This document shows positions 14,405 through 16,850 of a DNA stretch of 16,850 nucleotides, piece by piece. A model generated the notes under the pieces. It was given only the letters and a program-made list of their open reading frames with translations. It was not told the DNA's origin and searched no databases. Source of the stretch: a virus (taxonomy: Duplodnaviria > Heunggongvirae > Uroviricota > Caudoviricetes); the IMG/VR virus record IMGVR_UViG_2778261504_000002, positions 1 through 16,850 of that record; one strand, given 5' to 3'. The first letter of the stretch is position 1. Each line of letters opens with the position of its first letter. Position numbers and translations under genes: made by a program.

Positions 14405-14763
14405 ACGAATATCAGTTTGTGCTTCCATACCCGCCGTCGGTGAATACCTACTGGCGAAGACGGGGAAGCCAATACTACATCAGCGATAAAGGCCAGAAAT
14501 ACCGAAAAGACGTTCAGCAAATCATCCGCCAACTTAAGTTAGACATTTTCACCAAATCACGACTCCGCATCAAAGTCATCGCAGACGCTCCAGACTCCCG
14601 CCGCCGCGACCTCGACAACATCCTGAAAGGTTTACTCGACTCACTTATCCACGCCGGATTTGCGGAAGACGACGAGCAATTCGATGACATTCGCGTAATT
14701 CGTGGTGTGAAAGTACCAGGCGGACGGCTTGGAATAAAAATCACCGAACTGGAGAACGTATGA
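14401..14763 (+). CDS. rusA: RusA Holliday-junction resolvase
   Basis: 120-aa ORF. LPYPPSVNTYWRRRG...DRRRRDLDNILKGLLDSL...GGRLGIKITE matches E. coli RusA motifs (LPWPPSNNRYY...DRRRRDLDN...GGRLELTITE). Confidence 0.9.
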   Translation: MNEYQFVLPYPPSVNTYWRRRGSQYYISDKGQKYRKDVQQIIRQLKLDIFTKSRLRIKVIADAPDSRRRDLDNILKGLLDSLIHAGFAEDDEQFDDIRVIRGVKVPGGRLGIKITELENV

Positions 14764-14948
14764 ACGCCACAATTCAAACGATACCAGAACTGCTTATACA
14801 GGCACGAGGCAATCAGACCGAAGTGGCGAGGATGCTTTCCTGCGCAAGAGGAACAGTGCTCAAGTACAACCGAGACAGAAAAGGCGAGCGTCACGTAATA
14901 GTTAACGGCGTCCTGATGGTCACGCCAGGCAAAAAGGGAAGACGATGA
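14760..14948 (+). CDS. ninH: NinH
   Basis: 62-aa ORF with GNQTEVARMLSCARGTVLKY...HVIVNGVLMV, matching lambda NinH (GNQTEVARRLKCSRGTVRKY...HAIVNDVLMV). Confidence 0.8.
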   Translation: MNATIQTIPELLIQARGNQTEVARMLSCARGTVLKYNRDRKGERHVIVNGVLMVTPGKKGRR

Positions 14949-15433
14949 GCATAAGAGAGCTAAACCTCACCAAAGAACAGCACGATTGGCTGAATGGCTG
15001 GCTTGAACTGTGGGGCGCATGGGTTTATTCAGGTCGTCTGGAAAAGCGCATGAGCAGCGTAATAGCGAAGTTCATGGAGAGCGTAGAGCCGGGAAGAGTT
15101 ATGACAAGGCCAATGTGTAATGATGATGATGGAATGTTGATTTCTCAGGTCGTCGATTCCGTCATGTACATTGACAAGAAAGCCTTTGGCATCCTCCTCA
15201 GCTACTACGCCCACGGTTCTTCCAAGCACGCCATTGCATCTTACTATCATCGCGTCGCAAGACCTCGCAAGATGTTATGCCGGGGCGGCGGGCGCATTCA
15301 AAAACCATCGCTCGCAACCTGTCGTCGGGAAGTTGACGAAATCCTCAATGCCTCGTTGTTTATGATTTACCCGGTTCTGGATAGTGCGTTTAAAAACCGG
15401 AAACGTGTAGAGAAAATTAAACATGTAGCGTAG
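14945..15433 (+). CDS. Q: late-gene antiterminator Q (non-lambda type)
   Basis: 162-aa ORF with the WGAW...CNDDDG...YYAHGSS pattern of the QuuD/phage 21-82-type Q family. Unlike lambda Q. Directly upstream of the late promoter region. Confidence 0.8.
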   Translation: MSIRELNLTKEQHDWLNGWLELWGAWVYSGRLEKRMSSVIAKFMESVEPGRVMTRPMCNDDDGMLISQVVDSVMYIDKKAFGILLSYYAHGSSKHAIASYYHRVARPRKMLCRGGGRIQKPSLATCRREVDEILNASLFMIYPVLDSAFKNRKRVEKIKHVA

Positions 15434-15439
15434 AACGTG

Positions 15440-15468
15440 TTGACATCATTGAGCAAATGAGCAACACT
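15440..15468 (+). promoter_or_regulatory. candidate late promoter pR'
   Basis: Perfect TTGACA at 15440..15445, 7 nt after the Q stop. The -10 is not clear (AACACT or CACTAT candidates). Assigned mainly by position. Confidence 0.35.
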
Positions 15469-15478
15469 ATTCGCATAA

Positions 15479-15524
15479 GCTGCCGTTAGTGACTCTTAAG
15501 TTGCAACGGTGGCTTTTTTTATTT
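15479..15524 (+). terminator. tR'-like intrinsic terminator
   Basis: GCTGCCGTT...AACGGTGGC stem (two G-T wobbles, long loop) followed by TTTTTTT at 15514..15520. Sequence to its right resumes lambda-like identity. Confidence 0.5.
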
Positions 15525-15924
15525 GCACAACAGGTAAGAGCATTGAGTCGATAATCGTGAAGAGTCGGCGCGCCTGGTTAGCCAGTGCTCTTTCCGTTGT
15601 GCTGAATTAAGCGAATACCGGAAGCAGAACCGGATCACCAAATGCGTACAGGCGTCATCGCCGCCCAGCAACAGCACAACCCAAACTGAGCCGTAGCCAC
15701 TGGCTGTCCTGAATTCATCAGTGATAGTTACGCTGCGGCCTTCTACACATGACCTTCGTGAAAGCGGGTGGCAGGAGGTTGCGCTAACAACCTCACGCCG
15801 TTTTGCCCGTGCATATCGGTCACGAACAAATCTGATTACTAAACACAGTAGCCTGGATTTGTTCTATCAGTAATCGACCTTATTCCTAATTAAATAGAGC
15901 AAATCCCCTTATTGGGGGTAAGAC

Positions 15925-16248
15925 ATGAAGATGCCAGAAAAACATGACCTGTTAGCCGCCATTCTCGCGGCAAAGGAACAAGGCATCGGGGCAATCCTTG
16001 CGTTTGCAATGGCGTACCTTCGCGGCAGATATAATGGCGGTGCGTTTACAAAAACAGTAATCGACGCAACGATGTGCGCCATTATCGCCTGGTTCATTCG
16101 TGACCTTCTCGACTTCGCCGGACTAAGTAGCAATCTCGCTTATATAACGAGCGTGTTTATCGGCTACATCGGTACTGACTCGATTGGTTCGCTTATCAAA
16201 CGCTTCGCTGCTAAAAAAGCCGGAGTAGAAGATGGTGGAAATCAATAA
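15925..16248 (+). CDS. S: holin S (S107/S105 dual start)
   Basis: Near-identical to lambda S ([39 protein letters not shown]...), with the Met-Lys-Met dual-start motif. An upstream CCCC-TTATT-GGGG hairpin overlaps the ribosome-binding site. Confidence 0.95.
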   Translation: MKMPEKHDLLAAILAAKEQGIGAILAFAMAYLRGRYNGGAFTKTVIDATMCAIIAWFIRDLLDFAGLSSNLAYITSVFIGYIGTDSIGSLIKRFAAKKAGVEDGGNQ

Positions 16249-16708
16249 TCAACGTAAGGCGTTCCTCGATATGCTGGCGTGGTCAGAGGGAACTGATAAC
16301 GGACGTCAGAAAACCAGAAATCATGGTTATGACGTCATTGTTGGCGGAGAGCTATTCACTGATTACTCCGATCACCCTCGCAAACTTGTCACGCTAAACC
16401 CCAAACTCAAATCAACAGCAGCCGGACGTTACCAGCTTCTTTCCCGTTGGTGGGATGCTTACCGTAAGCAGATTGGCCTGAAAGACTTCTCTCCCAAAAG
16501 CCAGGACGCTGTTGCGCTGCAGCAGATTAAGGAGCGTGGCGCTTTACCGATGATTGACCGCGGTGATATTCGTCAGGCTATCGACCGTTGCAGCAATATC
16601 TGGGCTTCACTGCCGGGCGCTGGTTATGGTCAGTTCGAGCATAAGGCTGACAGCCTGATTGCAAAATTCAAAGAGGCTGGCGGAACGGTCAGAGAGATTG
16701 AGGTATGA
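16232..16708 (+). CDS. R: endolysin R (lytic transglycosylase)
   Basis: 158-aa ORF near-identical to lambda R ([51 protein letters not shown]...). Confidence 0.95.
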   Translation: MVEINNQRKAFLDMLAWSEGTDNGRQKTRNHGYDVIVGGELFTDYSDHPRKLVTLNPKLKSTAAGRYQLLSRWWDAYRKQIGLKDFSPKSQDAVALQQIKERGALPMIDRGDIRQAIDRCSNIWASLPGAGYGQFEHKADSLIAKFKEAGGTVREIEV

Positions 16709-16850
16709 GCAGAGTAACCGCGATTATCTCCGCTCTGGTTATCTGCATTATCGCCTGCCTGTCATGGGCTGTTAATCATTACCGTGATAACGCCATCGCC
16801 TACAAAGAGCAGCGCGATAAAGCCACATCCATCATCGCTGATATGCAGAA
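16705..16850 (+). CDS. Rz: Rz i-spanin (5' partial, runs off the window)
   Basis: ATG overlaps the R stop (ATGA). Translation [40 protein letters not shown]... matches the lambda Rz N-terminus. Rz1 would start beyond the window. Confidence 0.9.
   Translation, partial: MSRVTAIISALVICIIACLSWAVNHYRDNAIAYKEQRDKATSIIADMQ

Noticed and set aside
13230-14532. ORFs 13230..13412, 13688..13915, 13792..13980, 13970..14215 and 14284..14532
   Set aside because: Alternative-frame or antisense ORFs within the HNH endonuclease, YbcO-like and rusA genes, arising from AT-rich sequence.
14514-15365. ORFs 14514..14894, 15029..15250 and 15171..15365
   Set aside because: Antisense or alternative frames within rusA, ninH and Q, which have clear homology.
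15909-16133. Minus-strand 74-aa ORF
   Set aside because: Antisense to the lambda-identical S holin gene.

Overview
This window is the early-left, immunity, replication, nin, late-regulation and lysis region of a mosaic lambdoid (lambda-like) prophage or phage of an enterobacterial host. Going left to right: a leftward pL operon (minus strand) with a P22 gp24-type N antiterminator, several small or acidic accessory genes, cIII-like and Kil-like micro-ORFs, a recombination module (Rad52-like annealing protein, SSB, DnaQ-like 3'-5' exonuclease), then hypothetical genes and a Lar-family restriction alleviation gene; a CI-like repressor with its own operators, diverged from cro; then a rightward operon with cro-like, cII, O (containing ori iterons), P, ren, a mosaic nin region (ninB, ninE, ninF, an HNH endonuclease, rusA, ninH), a non-lambda-type Q, and lambda-type S, R and the start of Rz. 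The most notable content is a three-gene toxin-antitoxin-chaperone (TAC) module (HigB-like toxin, HigA-like antitoxin with a long C-terminal tail, SecB-like chaperone) sitting between the repressor and pL, the position rexAB occupies in lambda; it is AT-rich and has its own promoter flanked by inverted repeats. All homology calls come from reading the translated ORFs against remembered family sequences; no database search was run.
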